Source of the DNA: Burkholderiales bacterium | GTDB lineage: Bacteria > Pseudomonadota > Gammaproteobacteria > Burkholderiales > SG8-41 | Length of the DNA: 64,000 nt | Direction: 5' to 3' | Assembly (NCBI GenBank): GCA_022841375.1 | Contig: JALHRQ010000002.1 | Location: 261,867-325,866 of the forward strand | Shown here: in pieces, positions 24,950-37,779 of the stretch | How the letters are laid out: each line of letters opens with the position of its first letter | Position numbering within the stretch: the first letter of the stretch is position 1 | Program-made: the position numbers and the translations under genes | The notes under the pieces: model-generated | Seen by the model: the letters and a program-made list of their open reading frames with translations, nothing else | Databases searched by the model: none | What the model was told of the DNA's origin: nothing

Positions 24950-26692
24950 TTACATTTTTTCCGGTGCGGTCACACCCAGCAGGGCGAGGCCGTTGCGCAG
25001 GATCTGGCGTACGGCGAGAGCCAGTGCCAAGCGTGCGCGGGTGAGTGTGGCATCCTCGACAAGGAAGCGTTCCGCGTTGTAATAGCTGTGAAATTCGCCC
25101 GCCAGTTCCTTCAGGAAAAAAGCCACGCTGTGCGGCGCAAGGTCGCGTGCGGCATTTTCGATCACTTCCGGATATTCCATCAGGCGCTTTAATACTGCTG
25201 CTTCGTGCGGCGACACCAGTGGTGCCGGGTCAGCGGCCTGCAGCGTCGATTCGTCGCCAGCCCATTGCGCCAGCACGCTGCACACCCGGGCGTGCGCATA
25301 CTGGATGTAATACACGGGATTTTCGTTGCTTTGCGATTTCGCCAGATCCAGGTCGAAATCGAGATGCTGGTCACTTTTGCGCATCACGTAGAAAAACCGC
25401 GCGGCATCATTGCCGACTTCGCGGCGCAGTTCACGCAGCGTGACGAATTCGCCGGAGCGGGTTGACATCGAGACCTTTTCGCCATTGCGGTAGAGCACGG
25501 CAAACTGCACCAGCGCAATATCCAGCCGTGATGCGTCCTGACCGAGGGCGGTCAGCGCGCCTTTGACCCGCGGCACATAGCCGTGATGATCGGCGCCCCA
25601 GACGTCGATGACCCGGTCAAACCCGCGTTCGAACTTGTTGAGGTGATAAGCGATATCGCTTGCGAAATAAGTGTACTGACCGTTTTCGCGCTGCACGACC
25701 CGGTCCTTCTCGTCGCCGAAGCTGCTGGAACGGAACCACTTTGCGCCGTCCTGCACGTAGATATGACCACGTTGTTCGAGCTGCTCCACCGCGTGGTCGA
25801 CCTGACCTGAAGTGAACAACGAGCGTTCGGAAAACCAGCGATCGAAGCTCACGCCGAATTCGGCCAGATCTTCGCGGCAGTCGTTGAGCTGGGCATCCAG
25901 TGCGTGGCGGTGCACGCGGTCGTAATCGGCATCGAGCAGCTGTTTGGCATTGGCGATCAGATCATCAAGATGGCGCTCGGGGTCGGTGCCCACGTCGGCG
26001 GCGCCGGCCGAAGCCTGAGCCCAGGTCCTTTGATACTTCGCGCCATCCTTCTTGCGCAGCTCCGCCGCCATGTCGCGCACATAATCACCCTGGTAGGCGT
26101 TGGGCGGAAAGGCGACGGTTTCGCTGCCGGATTCAAGGTAGCGCAGCCAGGTCGACAGCGCGAGGATGTCCATCTGCCGTCCGGCGTCATTGACGTAATA
26201 CTCACGCGCAACGGCAAAGCCCGCAGCCGACAGTATCGACGCCACGCTGGCGCCATAGGCGGCGCCGCGGCCGTGGCCGACATGCAGCGGCCCGGTCGGA
26301 TTGGCAGAGACAAACTCAACCTGTGTTTTGCGGCCTTGTCCTGCGTTGCTGCTGCCGTAACGGCCGCCCGCGGCAATCACGCGGCCGACGACCTGTTGTT
26401 TGTAACGTTCTGTCAGAAACAGATTGATGAAACCGGCGCCGGCGATTTCCGCTTTTTCAAGATCGGGCGAAGCCGGCAAGGCTTCCAGAATTTTCTGGGC
26501 GATGGCGCGCGGGTTGTCGCGCAATTCCTTGGCCAGCAGCATCGCGATGTTGCAGGCGAAATCGCCATGCTGCGCCTGTTTGGGACGGTCGAGCAGGATG
26601 CGGGCTGCAGTGCCGGCGGGTACAACCTGTTCAAGCGCGCGCTGGATAAGTCCGGCGAGCAGCGTTCTGGCGTCGGCGGAAACGGTGGTCAT
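24950..26692 (-). CDS. argS: Arginine--tRNA ligase
   Basis: EFVSANPTGPLHVGH (HIGH), WGADHHGY, MSTRSG, YIQYAHAR. Confidence 0.98.
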   Translation of the reverse strand: MTTVSADARTLLAGLIQRALEQVVPAGTAARILLDRPKQAQHGDFACNIAMLLAKELRDNPRAIAQKILEALPASPDLEKAEIAGAGFINLFLTERYKQQVVGRVIAAGGRYGSSNAGQGRKTQVEFVSANPTGPLHVGHGRGAAYGASVASILSAAGFAVAREYYVNDAGRQMDILALSTWLRYLESGSETVAFPPNAYQGDYVRDMAAELRKKDGAKYQRTWAQASAGAADVGTDPERHLDDLIANAKQLLDADYDRVHRHALDAQLNDCREDLAEFGVSFDRWFSERSLFTSGQVDHAVEQLEQRGHIYVQDGAKWFRSSSFGDEKDRVVQRENGQYTYFASDIAYHLNKFERGFDRVIDVWGADHHGYVPRVKGALTALGQDASRLDIALVQFAVLYRNGEKVSMSTRSGEFVTLRELRREVGNDAARFFYVMRKSDQHLDFDLDLAKSQSNENPVYYIQYAHARVCSVLAQWAGDESTLQAADPAPLVSPHEAAVLKRLMEYPEVIENAARDLAPHSVAFFLKELAGEFHSYYNAERFLVEDATLTRARLALALAVRQILRNGLALLGVTAPEKM

Positions 26693-26800
26693 TTCTGGAT
26701 GGAGTGTCTGCGCGGGGAATGCCGGACGCGGGCATTCAGCAGTGCAAATGTTTGTGCGGGAAAGGAACTGATTTTAGCACGGCGAAAGCGGACTTTTCCC

Positions 26801-28981
26801 TCAGAAATCAAGCGGATCAACATCCAGCGACCAGCGCGCCGGAGTACTTTCGGTATCGGCCAGCAGCGGCCGCCAGGCATTTAGAAAGGATCGCAGCGCA
26901 GTGCGTGAAGCGGTTTGCACCAGTAGCTGGGCACGTTCGCGACCGGCCCGGCGCATCATGTTGGCGGGCACCGGGTCATAGACGGTGACACCGCTATCCA
27001 ACCCTTGCGCGGCCTGCGCCGCCTGTTCGAGAAACGCCAGCGCGGTTTTGAGCTCCCGTGCTTCGGCGCGCAGCAAGGCCTGATGCACATACGGCGGAAA
27101 TCCGGCCTGACGCCGTTCGGCCAGCTGAGCACGGGCGAAAGCATCGAAATCCTGGTCGCGCAGCGCCGTATACAGCGGGTGGTCGGGAAACTCGGTTTGT
27201 AACAACACCATGCCGGGCAGGCTGCCGCGACCGGCGCGACCCGCGACCTGGGTCAGCAGCGCATAAAGGCGCTCGGAAGCACGAAAGTCATTGCTGTAGA
27301 GCATGCTGTCGGCGTTGATCACGCCGACCAGATTCAGATGCGGGAAGTCATGGCCTTTGGCGAGGATCTGTGTGCCGACGAGAATGTCGACATCGCGCTC
27401 GCGGATGCGGTTGCGCATCGCCGGCCAGGCGTCCTTGGGTCGCGTGGTGTCGCGGTCGATGCGCAGGATACGCGCCTGGGGAAAATGACGGATCAGCGCC
27501 GCTTCGACGCGCTGCGTGCCCTGACCCACCGGTGCCAGATCAGCGTCGCCGCACTCCGGGCAGGCGGTCGGCACCGCGCTGTCATGTCCGCAATGGTGGC
27601 AGCGCAGCCGGCGATCGCGCAGATGCAGCACCCGTTTCGCCGAGCAACGTTCACAGTCGGACATCCAGCCGCAACTGCCGCACATCAGCACCGGCGCATA
27701 GCCGCGGCGGTTGATGAACACCATGCTTTGTTCGTTGCGCGCAATGCGTTCGGCGATGGCAGCGACCAGCGTTGGTGACAGACCGTCTTCGGCTTTGTGC
27801 TGGCGCAGATCGACACAGTGAATGGCCGGCAGTCCCGCCTGGATGCGGTTTTTCAGCGGCAGCAGCTGATAACGCCCGTCGAGCGCATTGCGATAGGTTT
27901 CGAGCGCCGGTGTTGCCGAACCCAGCACCACCGGGATGCCCGCCTGGCGCGCACGCACCACGGCGAGGTCGCGTGCCGAGTAGCGGAAACCTTCACCCTG
28001 CTTGAACGAACTGTCGTGTTCTTCGTCGACGATGATCAGTCCGAGGTCGGGCAGCGGCGTGAATACCGACAGCCGTGTGCCGAGCACGATACGCGCTTGG
28101 CCGCTGCGCGCCGCCTGCCAGCGTTCGGCGCGTTCGCCGTCGGCGAGGCCGCTGTGCAGGGTTGACACCATCACCTCGGGGAAGCGTGCGATCACCAGCG
28201 ATTCCAGCTGCGGGGTCAGCGCGATTTCCGGCACCAGCAGCAATACCTGCCGGTTGTGCGAGAGCGCGGTCGCCATCGCATGCAGATAAACCTCGGTTTT
28301 GCCGCTACCGGTGATGCCCAGCAGCAACAGTGCCTGATAACGGCCCAGCGCCGTGGTGATGGCTTCGACCGCGACGAACTGATCGCCCGTCAGTTGCGGC
28401 GCGATGCCGGGCGGCAGTGCCACCGCGACTGCGTGTGGCGGGGCGTCGGTGGCGGTAACCCAACCTTCAGCGACGAATGTTTGCAGGGCCTTGCGGCAGG
28501 CGGTGCCGGCTGCGCTGATCACCGTGTGTGGCAGCACTGATTGCTCGCGCAACAGACCCAGCAGGGTGCGTTGCGCGCGGGCACGCGGCGGCAGTGCGTC
28601 TTCAGTGAGGGCGTTGCCTGCCTCGGTCAATGTCCACGCGCCGGGTGTTTTGGCACGGGTGTTAACACGACGCAATGCCGCGGGCAGCGTGACCATGACC
28701 ACGGCGCCTAGCGGATGCACGTAATAGTCGGCGGCAAATTCCAACAGCAGGAGATCGGCGCGTTGCAGCAGCGGTTCGCGGTCGAGCACCGAGAAGGCGC
28801 GGCGCAGTTTGTTTTCCGGAACATCACTGGTGTCGGGTTTGGCGACGATGATGCCAATCAGCCGCTGGCGACCGAACGGCACCAGCACCCGCGCGCCGAT
28901 GACCGCTGCCGCATCGTCGCAGCGGTAATCAAACAGACGGGCCACCGGCACATCAAGTGCGACACGGATCAGGCTGGTCAC
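26801..28981 (-). CDS. priA: Primosomal protein N' (replication restart helicase)
   Basis: GITGSGKTEVY, DEEH, four CxxC pairs, AKGHDFP, QVAGRAGR. Confidence 0.98.
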   Translation of the reverse strand: MTSLIRVALDVPVARLFDYRCDDAAAVIGARVLVPFGRQRLIGIIVAKPDTSDVPENKLRRAFSVLDREPLLQRADLLLLEFAADYYVHPLGAVVMVTLPAALRRVNTRAKTPGAWTLTEAGNALTEDALPPRARAQRTLLGLLREQSVLPHTVISAAGTACRKALQTFVAEGWVTATDAPPHAVAVALPPGIAPQLTGDQFVAVEAITTALGRYQALLLLGITGSGKTEVYLHAMATALSHNRQVLLLVPEIALTPQLESLVIARFPEVMVSTLHSGLADGERAERWQAARSGQARIVLGTRLSVFTPLPDLGLIIVDEEHDSSFKQGEGFRYSARDLAVVRARQAGIPVVLGSATPALETYRNALDGRYQLLPLKNRIQAGLPAIHCVDLRQHKAEDGLSPTLVAAIAERIARNEQSMVFINRRGYAPVLMCGSCGWMSDCERCSAKRVLHLRDRRLRCHHCGHDSAVPTACPECGDADLAPVGQGTQRVEAALIRHFPQARILRIDRDTTRPKDAWPAMRNRIRERDVDILVGTQILAKGHDFPHLNLVGVINADSMLYSNDFRASERLYALLTQVAGRAGRGSLPGMVLLQTEFPDHPLYTALRDQDFDAFARAQLAERRQAGFPPYVHQALLRAEARELKTALAFLEQAAQAAQGLDSGVTVYDPVPANMMRRAGRERAQLLVQTASRTALRSFLNAWRPLLADTESTPARWSLDVDPLDF

Positions 28982-29072
28982 GGGGTCAGAAAAGTTAGCG
29001 TGCGAAGTTCGCAGGGATTCTTGGAATGAATGGCAAATCGTTTACAGGTAAGGATTTTTTGTGCTGACGACC

Positions 29073-29257
29073 TGTGGATAACACTGTTGATCAATTGTCC
29101 GGATGATCATCAATCGCACAGGCCCCCCCGGCTTCCATACCTTAAAGGATTTGGAAGCGATACAAAAAAATCAATAAAAACAATAGGTTATGAATTTTCA
29201 GCAGAGCTGCATCGGTTTTGAAACTGCTGCACAGCCGTAACTCCTTGCTGTGTATAA
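29073..29257. promoter_or_regulatory. DnaA-box cluster with IHF-like site upstream of priA
   Basis: TGTGGATAA (29073-29081), degenerate TGTTGATCA (29085-29093), TGTGTATAA (29249-29257), IHF-like AAACAATAGGTTA (29178-29190). Confidence 0.7.
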
Positions 29258-29263
29258 GCTTTT

Positions 29264-30340
29264 TCAGCTGCGCTGCGGCTGGTGATAGCTGCGGCTCAGG
29301 CTATGCACGGCTTCAACCAGTGCGCCGACATGTTCCGGCGGCGTGAATTGGGAGACGCCATGGCCGAGATTGAACACATGACCTGAGCCGTTGCCGAACT
29401 GGCGCAGTACATGGCCGACCTGGGCCGCGATGGTCGCGGGCGGGCTGAACAACACATTCGGATCGAGGTTGCCCTGCAGCGCTACCTGGTTGCCGATGCG
29501 CTGCCGTGCTTTGCCGATATCGACGGTCCAGTCCAGACCGACGGCATTGCAGCCGATCGCCGCGATGTCTTCCAGCCACAGACCGCCGCCTTTGGTGAAA
29601 ACAATGCTGGGGATGGTTTGGCCTTCCCAGCGGCGATGCAGACCGGCAATGACGCGACGCAGGTATTCGAGCGAAAACTCGTGGTATGCGGCATCGGACA
29701 GCGCGCCGCCCCAGGTGTCGAACACCATGACCGCCTGCGCACCGGCTTCGATCTGCGCGTTGAGATAGGCGATGACCGCACGGGCGTTGATGTCGAGAAT
29801 GTGGTGCAGCAGGTCGGGGCGCGCGTAGAGCATGGTCTTGATGGTGCGGAAGTCGTCGCTGCCGCCCCCTTCGACCATGTAACAGGCCAGCGTATAGGGA
29901 CTGCCGGAGAAACCGATCAGCGGCACCTTGCCGTCGAGTGCGCCGCGAATCTGCTTCACCGCGTCGAGCACATAACCCAACGTTTCGCGCGGCTCAGGCA
30001 CTTGCAAGGCGCGAACCGCGGCTTCGTCGCGCACCGGCCGTTCGAACTTGGGGCCCTCGCCTTCGGCGAAATAAAGACCCAGCCCCATCGCATCGGGCAC
30101 GGTCAGGATGTCGGAGAACAGGATGGCCGCATCCAGCGGGAACCGCTCCAGCGGTTGCAGCGTGACTTCAGTGGCGTAATCCGGATTCTTCGCCAGTCCT
30201 AGGAAACTGCCTGCGCGTTTCCGGGTGGCGTTGTACTCCGGCAGGTAGCGACCGGCCTGGCGCATGATCCAGACAGGGGTGTACTCCGTCGGCTGTCGCA
30301 GCAGCGCGCGGAGGAACGTATCGTTTTTCAGCACCGCCAT
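29264..30340 (-). CDS. hemE: Uroporphyrinogen decarboxylase
   Basis: [29 protein letters not shown]. Confidence 0.98.
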   Translation of the reverse strand: MAVLKNDTFLRALLRQPTEYTPVWIMRQAGRYLPEYNATRKRAGSFLGLAKNPDYATEVTLQPLERFPLDAAILFSDILTVPDAMGLGLYFAEGEGPKFERPVRDEAAVRALQVPEPRETLGYVLDAVKQIRGALDGKVPLIGFSGSPYTLACYMVEGGGSDDFRTIKTMLYARPDLLHHILDINARAVIAYLNAQIEAGAQAVMVFDTWGGALSDAAYHEFSLEYLRRVIAGLHRRWEGQTIPSIVFTKGGGLWLEDIAAIGCNAVGLDWTVDIGKARQRIGNQVALQGNLDPNVLFSPPATIAAQVGHVLRQFGNGSGHVFNLGHGVSQFTPPEHVGALVEAVHSLSRSYHQPQRS

Positions 30341-31761
30341 CAGCGCGGCAGCTCGCTGCTTCCGGTCAGGAATTCATCGACCGCGCGTGCGCACTGCCGA
30401 CCTTCGCGAATGGCCCACACCACCAGCGACTGGCCGCGACGCATGTCGCCAGCGGCAAACACCTTGCTGATGGAGGTTGTGTAACCCTCGGTGTCGGCCT
30501 GGACGTTGCCGCGATTGTCTTTGGCCACACCCAGCTGTTCGAGCAGACCGCCGGCGACCGGGCCGACGAAGCCCATGGCGAGCAGCACCAGATCGGCTTT
30601 CATGGTGAATTCCGAGCCGGGCACTTCCTGCATTTTTCCGTCCTTCCATTCGACCCGGGCGGCGACCAGTTTTTCGACCTTGCCGTCCTTGCCTTCAAAA
30701 CGTTTGGTCGCGACAGCCCAGTCGCGCTTGCAACCTTCTTCATGCGAGCTCGAGGTGCGCATCTTGATCGGCCAGTACGGCCAGACCATCGGCTTGTTTT
30801 CCTGCGCCGGCGGTTGTGGCAGCAGTTCGAACTGGGTGATCGACACGGCACCGTGGCGGTTCGAGGTGCCGACGCAGTCCGAACCGGTGTCGCCACCGCC
30901 GATGACGATGACATGTTTGCCAGTGGCCTTGAGCTGCCCCGGGATTTTGTCGCCGGCAACGATCTTGTTTTGCTGCGGCAGGAAGTCCATTGCGAAATGC
31001 ACTCCCGCCAGTTCGCGGCCCGGCACCGGCAGATCGCGCGGCTGCTCGGCACCGCCGGCCATGACGACGGCGTCAAATTCATCCACCAGCTTTTGCACCG
31101 GCACAGTATGGCCAATGTGCTGGCTGACGCGGAACTCGACGCCTTCGGCGCGCATCTGCTCGACACGGCGATCGATCAGGTGTTTTTCCATCTTGAAATC
31201 GGGAATGCCGTAACGCAGCAGGCCGCCGATGCGGTCGGACTTCTCGAACACCACGACGGCATGGCCGGCGCGTGCCAGCTGTTGTGCGCACGCCAGGCCC
31301 GCAGGGCCCGAGCCGATGACCGCCACGCGTTTGCCGGTCTTGGCGGCGGCCGGAAGCGGCTTGACCCAACCCGACTCCCAGCCCTTGTCGATGATCGCGT
31401 GTTCGATCGACTTGATGCCGACCGGATCGTTGTTGATATTCAGCGTGCAGGCGGACTCGCAGGGCGCCGGACAGATGCGGCCGGTGAATTCAGGGAAGTT
31501 GTTGGTCGAGTGCAGCGTATCCAGTGCTTGTTGCCAGTTCTGCTTGAATACGAGGTCGTTCCAGTCGGGAATAATGTTGTTGACCGGGCAGCCGCTCATG
31601 CAGAAGGGTGTGCCGCAATCCATACAGCGCGCACCCTGGGTGCCCGCGGCTTTGTCAGTCAGGGGGCTGACAAACTCCCGCCAGTGCTTCAGCCGCTCCT
31701 GCGGTTGTTCCGCGGCTTCATGCAGCCGTTCGAATTCCAGAAACCCTGTGACTTTTCCCAT
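30340..31761 (-). CDS. gltD: Glutamate synthase small subunit
   Basis: [13 protein letters not shown] Fe-S motif, [25 protein letters not shown]. Confidence 0.97.
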   Translation of the reverse strand: MGKVTGFLEFERLHEAAEQPQERLKHWREFVSPLTDKAAGTQGARCMDCGTPFCMSGCPVNNIIPDWNDLVFKQNWQQALDTLHSTNNFPEFTGRICPAPCESACTLNINNDPVGIKSIEHAIIDKGWESGWVKPLPAAAKTGKRVAVIGSGPAGLACAQQLARAGHAVVVFEKSDRIGGLLRYGIPDFKMEKHLIDRRVEQMRAEGVEFRVSQHIGHTVPVQKLVDEFDAVVMAGGAEQPRDLPVPGRELAGVHFAMDFLPQQNKIVAGDKIPGQLKATGKHVIVIGGGDTGSDCVGTSNRHGAVSITQFELLPQPPAQENKPMVWPYWPIKMRTSSSHEEGCKRDWAVATKRFEGKDGKVEKLVAARVEWKDGKMQEVPGSEFTMKADLVLLAMGFVGPVAGGLLEQLGVAKDNRGNVQADTEGYTTSISKVFAAGDMRRGQSLVVWAIREGRQCARAVDEFLTGSSELPR

Positions 31762-31830
31762 TGCGGTCTATCCCTGAATCAACACGCCCTTGCGGGCAAA
31801 TTATGGTTCATCGGTTTTATTGCCCGGACC

Positions 31831-34800
31831 TCAGGCAGCGATCTTTTTGCCCTTGGCCGCCAGTTCGCCCAGCGCACGGCGGTATTCGTTGGGGAACACC
31901 TTGACGAATTTACCGCGGGCTGTGGCCCAGTTGGTGATGAGGTCCTGCGCCCGGGTGCTGCCAGTCAACCTGGCGTGATTTTCAATGTAACGCCTGGCGA
32001 TGACTTCATCGGCCAAACCCAGATGCCACACGTCGTGCGGAACTTTGGCATCCTGTTCTGCCTCGGTCAGCAGCGGTTCGAGCTTGACCATCGCGGTGTT
32101 GCAGTAGGACGCAAAGCTACCGTCTTCATCGTAGACATAGGCGATGCCCCCGGACATGCCGGCGGCGAAGTTGCGTCCGGTGGGTCCGAGCACGACAACG
32201 GTGCCGCCGGTCATGTATTCGCAGCCATGGTCACCCGTACCCTCGACAACGGTGTGAGCGCCGGAGTTGCGTACCGCAAAGCGCTCGCCGGCGACGCCGC
32301 GGAAATAGGCCTCACCCGCGATGGCGCCGTAGAGCACGGCATTGCCGGTGATGATGTTCAGGCCGGCTTCGCCGCGGAACTTCGGTGACGGCTGGACGAT
32401 GATACGTCCGCCGGACAGGCCTTTGCCGCAGTAGTCGTTGGTGTCGCCAATCAGGTTCAGCGTGATGCCGCGCGACAGGAATGCGCCAAGGCTCTGGCCG
32501 GCGGATCCGGCGAATTTCACGCGGATGGTGTCGTCCGGCAGACCTTCATGACCGTAGCGTTTGGCCACTTCGCCGGAAAGCATGGTACCGACGGTGCGGT
32601 TGATGTTGCGAATCGGCATGTCGATGCTGACCTTTTCGCCGCGCTCCAGCGCCGGTTTGGCGAGTTCAATCAGGCGGTGATCCAAGGCCTTGTCGAGACC
32701 GTGATCCTGCGTTTCAGTGTGGAAGCGCGAGACTTCGGGGCCCATTTCCGGCTGATGGAAGACACGGCTGAAGTCGAGGCCGCGGGCTTTCCAGTGTTCG
32801 ATGCTCTTGCGGGTGTCGAGCAGATCAGCGCGGCCGATCAGGTCGTCAAACTTGCGGATGCCGAGTTGCGCCATCAACTGGCGGATTTCCTCGGCGACGA
32901 AGAAAAAGTAGTTGATGACATGTTCCGGTTTGCCGGTGAATTTCTTGCGCAGCACCGGATCCTGGGTGGCGACGCCGACCGGGCAGGTGTTGAGGTGGCA
33001 TTTGCGCATCATGATGCAGCCCTGGACCACCAGTGGTGCCGTGGCAAAGCCGAACTCATCGGCGCCGAGCAGCGCACCGACGACGACGTCACGGCCGGTT
33101 TTCAGCTGGCCGTCGACCTGAACCGCAATGCGGCTGCGCAGGCGGTTGAGCACCAGTGTCTGCTGGGTTTCAGCGAGGCCAAGTTCCCATGGTGTCCCGG
33201 CGTGTTTGATCGAGGACCACGGGCTGGCGCCGGTGCCGCCGTCATGACCGGAAATGGTCACGTGATCGGCCTTGGCCTTGGCCACGCCTGCGGCCACCGT
33301 GCCGACGCCGACTTCAGACACCAGCTTGACGCTGATCGATGCCGCGGTGTTGCTGTTCTTAAGATCATGAATAAGCTGCGCGAGATCCTCGATCGAATAG
33401 ATGTCATGGTGCGGCGGCGGGGAAATCAGTTCCACGCCCGGCGTCGAGTAGCGCAGTTCGGCGATGTACTCGGAGACTTTCTTGCCCGGCAGCTGTCCGC
33501 CCTCGCCCGGCTTGGCACCCTGCGCCATCTTGATCTGGATCTGTTCAGCGCTGGCTAGATACTCGGCGGTGACGCCGAAGCGGCCGGATGCAACCTGCTT
33601 GATTTTCGATTTCAGCGAATCGCCGGCCTTGATTTCCACATCACCGACAAAACGCCCCGGTCCCAATCGCGATTCCATGGTTTCGCCGGCCTTGATCGGC
33701 GCAAAACGCCGGCGGTCCTCGCCGCCTTCGCCGGTGTTGGATTTGCCGCCGATGCGGTTCATCGCCACTGCCAGCGTGGCATGGGCTTCAGTGGATATCG
33801 AACCCAGCGACATCGCGCCGGTGGAGAAACGTCTGACGATTTCGGCGGCAGGTTCGACTTCACCGATCGGCACCGGGGTGCAGCGATTGAAACGGAATTC
33901 GAACAGCCCGCGGAACGTCATATGCCGTTTCGACTGGTCGTTGATGATGTCGGCGTATTCGCGATAGGTCGACGCACTGTTGGCCCGGGTCGCATGCTGC
34001 AGCTTGGCAATCGCATCCGGCGTCCACATGTGTTCTTCGCCGCGCACGCGCCAGGCGTATTCGCCGCCGGCATCCAGTGAACCGGACAGCACCGGGTCGT
34101 TGCTGAAGGCGCTGCGATGAGTGCGGATCGATTCCTCGGCAACTTCGAAAATGCCGATGCCGCCGACATTCGACGACGTGCCGGTGAAGTATTTGTCGAT
34201 CAGCGGTTTCGACAGGCCGATGGCCTCGAATATCTGCGCGCCGGTGTACGACATGTAGGTGGAGATGCCCATCTTCGACATCACCTTGCGCAGGCCCTTG
34301 CCCACGGCTTTGACAAAATTCTTGATCGCCTTGTAGCCGTCGACACCCGGGATCTGGCCGCTTTCGGCGACATGCAGCACCGTTTCCAGGGCCAGGTAGG
34401 GATGCACGGCTTCCGCGCCGTAACCGCCGAGCAGCGCAAAGTGATGCACTTCTCGAGCGGAACCGGTTTCGACGACAAGACCGGCGCTGGTGCGCAGGCC
34501 CTTGTCGACCAGGTGATGATGGATGGTCGACAGTGCGATTAACGCCGGGATTGCGACATTATCGCGGTCGATGTGGCGGTCGGAAATGATGATGATCGAA
34601 TAACCCGAACGCACGGCGTCTTCGGCCTGTGCCGCGAGGCTGGCAAGGCGGGCTTCGATCGCTTCCTTGCCCCAGGACGCGGGGTAGGTGATGTTCAGTT
34701 CACAGGATTTGAACTTGCCGTCGGTGTAACGCTCGATATTGCGGATTTTTTCCATCTCGTAGAAATCCAGCACCGGCTGGTTGACTTCGAGGCGGATCGG

Positions 34801-36486
34801 CGGATTTGTTTCATCGGTGCCCATCAGGTTGGGCTTGGGTCCGATGAAAGACACCAGCGACGTAACCAGTTCCTCACGAATCGGATCGATCGGCGGGTTG
34901 GTCACCTGCGCGAACAGCTGTTTGAAATACTGGTACAGGTTCTTGTTTTTGGCGGACAACACGGCAAGCGGCGAATCATTGCCCATCGAGCCCACCGGCT
35001 CCTCACCGTTGCCTGCCATCGGCGTCAGAATGAACTTGAGGTCTTCCTGGGTGTAACCGAAAGCCTGCTGGCGGTCGAGCAGCGGTACGGCGCTGCGCTC
35101 AGGTTGTGATTTCTGGCTCTCTACATCGTCAAGTTTGACGCGGATGCGCTCGATCCATTCGACATAGGGTTTGGCCGAAGCGAGCGAGTCCTTCAGCTCC
35201 TTGTCGTCAATGATGCGGCCTTTTTCCAGGTCAACCAGGAACATCTTGCCCGGTTGCAGCCGCCATTTTTTGACGATTTTTTCTTCGGGAATCGGCAAAC
35301 AGCCGGATTCCGAGCCCATGATGACCAGGTCGTCGTCAGTGACGATATAGCGCGCAGGACGCAGGCCGTTGCGGTCAAGCGTGGCGCCGATCTGACGGCC
35401 GTCGCTGAAAGCGATGGCGGCTGGCCCGTCCCACGGTTCCATCATCGCGGCGTGATATTCATAAAACGCACGGCGGCTGGCATCCATCAGCGTGTGACCT
35501 TCCCACGCTTCTGGAATCATCATCATCACCGCGTGGGCGATCGAATAACCGCCCATCACCAGAAGTTCCAGCGAGTTGTCGAATGAAGCCGAGTCTGACT
35601 GGCCCGGGTAAATCAACGGCCACAGTTTGTCGAGGTCCTTGCCGAGAATCGGGCTGGTAATTGCGCCCTGACGTGCGCGTACCCAGTTGACGTTGCCGCG
35701 CACGGTATTGATTTCGCCGTTGTGGGCGATCATGCGGAACGGGTGGGCGAGATCCCAGGTCGGGAAGGTGTTGGTCGAAAAACGCTGATGAACCAGCGCC
35801 AGCGCCGACACCACGCGCGGATCCTGCAGATCGCGGTAGTAGGTGCCGACTTGCGAAGGCAGCAGCATGCCTTTGTAGACGATGGTGCGCGCCGACATCG
35901 ACGGCACGAAATATTCGGTGCCGTGAGCCAGTTTCAGTGCGCGGATGGCATGACTCGCACTTTTGCGAATCACATACAGCTTGCGCTCCAGTGCATCAGT
36001 GACACGGATTGAAGAGCTGCGGCCGACGAACACCTGGCGGATCATCGGCTCGACCTTCTTTACGGACTCACCCAGGTCTTCGCTGTCGACCGGCACATCG
36101 CGCCAGCCCAGCAGCACCTGGCCTTCATCCTTGATCGCGCGTTCGATTTCGTATTCGCAGGCGAGGCGTGACGCCGGTTCCCGCGGCAGGAACACCATGC
36201 CGATGCCGTATTCACCAACGGGTGGAAGCTTGACGCCCTGTTTGTCCATTTCCTCGCGGAAAAAAACGTCGGGAATCTGGATCAGAATGCCGGCGCCGTC
36301 CGAGGCCTTGGGGTCTGCACCCACCGCACCGCGGTGCGTCAAATTGCAAAGGATGGTCAAGCCCTGTTCGATGATGTTGTGGCTTTTTTTGCCTTTGATA
36401 TTGGCAACAAAACCGACGCCGCACGCATCATGTTCGTGCGCACCATCGTAAAGACCTTGGGGTTCCGGCAGATTCGGGTGTGACAT
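31831..36486 (-). CDS. gltB: Glutamate synthase large subunit
   Basis: EHDACGVGF (Ntn Cys), [29 protein letters not shown]; start moved to ATG 36486. Confidence 0.97.
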   Translation of the reverse strand: MSHPNLPEPQGLYDGAHEHDACGVGFVANIKGKKSHNIIEQGLTILCNLTHRGAVGADPKASDGAGILIQIPDVFFREEMDKQGVKLPPVGEYGIGMVFLPREPASRLACEYEIERAIKDEGQVLLGWRDVPVDSEDLGESVKKVEPMIRQVFVGRSSSIRVTDALERKLYVIRKSASHAIRALKLAHGTEYFVPSMSARTIVYKGMLLPSQVGTYYRDLQDPRVVSALALVHQRFSTNTFPTWDLAHPFRMIAHNGEINTVRGNVNWVRARQGAITSPILGKDLDKLWPLIYPGQSDSASFDNSLELLVMGGYSIAHAVMMMIPEAWEGHTLMDASRRAFYEYHAAMMEPWDGPAAIAFSDGRQIGATLDRNGLRPARYIVTDDDLVIMGSESGCLPIPEEKIVKKWRLQPGKMFLVDLEKGRIIDDKELKDSLASAKPYVEWIERIRVKLDDVESQKSQPERSAVPLLDRQQAFGYTQEDLKFILTPMAGNGEEPVGSMGNDSPLAVLSAKNKNLYQYFKQLFAQVTNPPIDPIREELVTSLVSFIGPKPNLMGTDETNPPIRLEVNQPVLDFYEMEKIRNIERYTDGKFKSCELNITYPASWGKEAIEARLASLAAQAEDAVRSGYSIIIISDRHIDRDNVAIPALIALSTIHHHLVDKGLRTSAGLVVETGSAREVHHFALLGGYGAEAVHPYLALETVLHVAESGQIPGVDGYKAIKNFVKAVGKGLRKVMSKMGISTYMSYTGAQIFEAIGLSKPLIDKYFTGTSSNVGGIGIFEVAEESIRTHRSAFSNDPVLSGSLDAGGEYAWRVRGEEHMWTPDAIAKLQHATRANSASTYREYADIINDQSKRHMTFRGLFEFRFNRCTPVPIGEVEPAAEIVRRFSTGAMSLGSISTEAHATLAVAMNRIGGKSNTGEGGEDRRRFAPIKAGETMESRLGPGRFVGDVEIKAGDSLKSKIKQVASGRFGVTAEYLASAEQIQIKMAQGAKPGEGGQLPGKKVSEYIAELRYSTPGVELISPPPHHDIYSIEDLAQLIHDLKNSNTAASISVKLVSEVGVGTVAAGVAKAKADHVTISGHDGGTGASPWSSIKHAGTPWELGLAETQQTLVLNRLRSRIAVQVDGQLKTGRDVVVGALLGADEFGFATAPLVVQGCIMMRKCHLNTCPVGVATQDPVLRKKFTGKPEHVINYFFFVAEEIRQLMAQLGIRKFDDLIGRADLLDTRKSIEHWKARGLDFSRVFHQPEMGPEVSRFHTETQDHGLDKALDHRLIELAKPALERGEKVSIDMPIRNINRTVGTMLSGEVAKRYGHEGLPDDTIRVKFAGSAGQSLGAFLSRGITLNLIGDTNDYCGKGLSGGRIIVQPSPKFRGEAGLNIITGNAVLYGAIAGEAYFRGVAGERFAVRNSGAHTVVEGTGDHGCEYMTGGTVVVLGPTGRNFAAGMSGGIAYVYDEDGSFASYCNTAMVKLEPLLTEAEQDAKVPHDVWHLGLADEVIARRYIENHARLTGSTRAQDLITNWATARGKFVKVFPNEYRRALGELAAKGKKIAA

Positions 36487-36654
36487 CGCAAGCCTCGTCA
36501 AAAACATTTTGAAAATCAATCGTTTACGGTAATATTTGTTGCGTTGCCGCAAGCCGTGATCATCAAAACGCGAAAAACGGAGTGAAACCCTGCGAGTCTA
36601 CCTCCATCAAGAGGTTGGCTCAACCGGTTGCGGTCTTAACACCGCGAGAAAATC

Positions 36655-37779
36655 TCAGCTGACGTCGATGGAAAACAGGCGTCGATGTTCAACGATGGCG
36701 TAACGATCGGTCATACCGGCGATATAGTCGGCAATGGCTCGCGGGGTATCGGCTTCGGCGCGGACCTGGAACTCGGGCGGCAGCAGGCCCGGTTCGGCGA
36801 GAAAAGCCTGAAAAAGATCGGTGATGATGCGTCGGGCCTTGCTGCTCATCCGCGAAACCCGGTAATGCCGGTAAAGGTTGACATGAAGAAAGCGCTTCAA
36901 TTCAGCCTGCTCGCGCTGGATCCGGTCCGAAAAACGGATCATCGGCGGCGCCTTGCGGACGTCATCCACCGATGCGGGATCATGTTCGCGAATGCTCGCC
37001 GCGCTTTGACGGATCAGGTCGGTTACCAGCGTGTCGATCATCCGGCGCACCGTTTCGTGGACCAGTCGCCGGCCTTCGATTTTCGGGAAGGCCTTTAATG
37101 CGGCACGCATGTGACGGCGGAAAATGGCTACGGTCGCCAGTTGGTCCATTTTCAGCAACCCCGAGCGCAGTCCATCATCGACATCATGGTTGTTATAGGC
37201 AATCTCGTCGGCGAGATTGGCGATCTGGGCTTCAAGGCTGGGTCGTTGCCGGCGCATAAAACGTTCGCCGACGTCGCCGAGCATGCGCGCGTTCTTTATT
37301 GAGCAATGCTTGAGTATGCCTTCGCGCGTTTCAAAGGTCAGATTGAGGCCGTCGAATGCGCCATACCGCTGTTCAAGCACATCGACCACGCGCAGCGACT
37401 GCAGGTTATGTTCGAATCCGCCATACGGCTTCATGCAGGCGTTAAGCGCGTCCTGGCCGCTGTGGCCGAATGGCGTGTGGCCAAGATCGTGCGCCAGTGT
37501 GATGGCTTCGGTCAGATCTTCATAGAGAGACAGGCGGCGCGCCACGGAGCGCCCTATTTGCGCCACTTCAAGGCTGTGCGTCAGCCGTGTGCGGAACAGA
37601 TCGCCTTCATGATTCACAAACACCTGGGTCTTGTACTCAAGGCGGCGGAATCCGGTGGAATGGATGATGCGATCGCGATCGCGTTGATATTCGCTGCGCC
37701 CGCGCGGCGGAGGTTCCGGAAAACGGCGCCCGTTCGAAAATTCCGGATGCGCGGCATAGGGGGCCAGTTCAGGCGTCAC
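36655..37779 (-). CDS. dgt: dGTP triphosphohydrolase (HD domain)
   Basis: [37 protein letters not shown]; GTG start overlapping the aroB end is assumed. Confidence 0.94.
   Translation of the reverse strand: MTPELAPYAAHPEFSNGRRFPEPPPRGRSEYQRDRDRIIHSTGFRRLEYKTQVFVNHEGDLFRTRLTHSLEVAQIGRSVARRLSLYEDLTEAITLAHDLGHTPFGHSGQDALNACMKPYGGFEHNLQSLRVVDVLEQRYGAFDGLNLTFETREGILKHCSIKNARMLGDVGERFMRRQRPSLEAQIANLADEIAYNNHDVDDGLRSGLLKMDQLATVAIFRRHMRAALKAFPKIEGRRLVHETVRRMIDTLVTDLIRQSAASIREHDPASVDDVRKAPPMIRFSDRIQREQAELKRFLHVNLYRHYRVSRMSSKARRIITDLFQAFLAEPGLLPPEFQVRAEADTPRAIADYIAGMTDRYAIVEHRRLFSIDVS

Noticed and set aside
30330-30350. gltD stop overlapping the hemE start
   Set aside because: aroKB-gltBD-hemE linkage is known in other Proteobacteria; not novel
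30742-32388. 548-aa + strand ORF, representative of the many other overlapping ORFs in the track
   Set aside because: Antisense to gltD/gltB; no independent coding evidence
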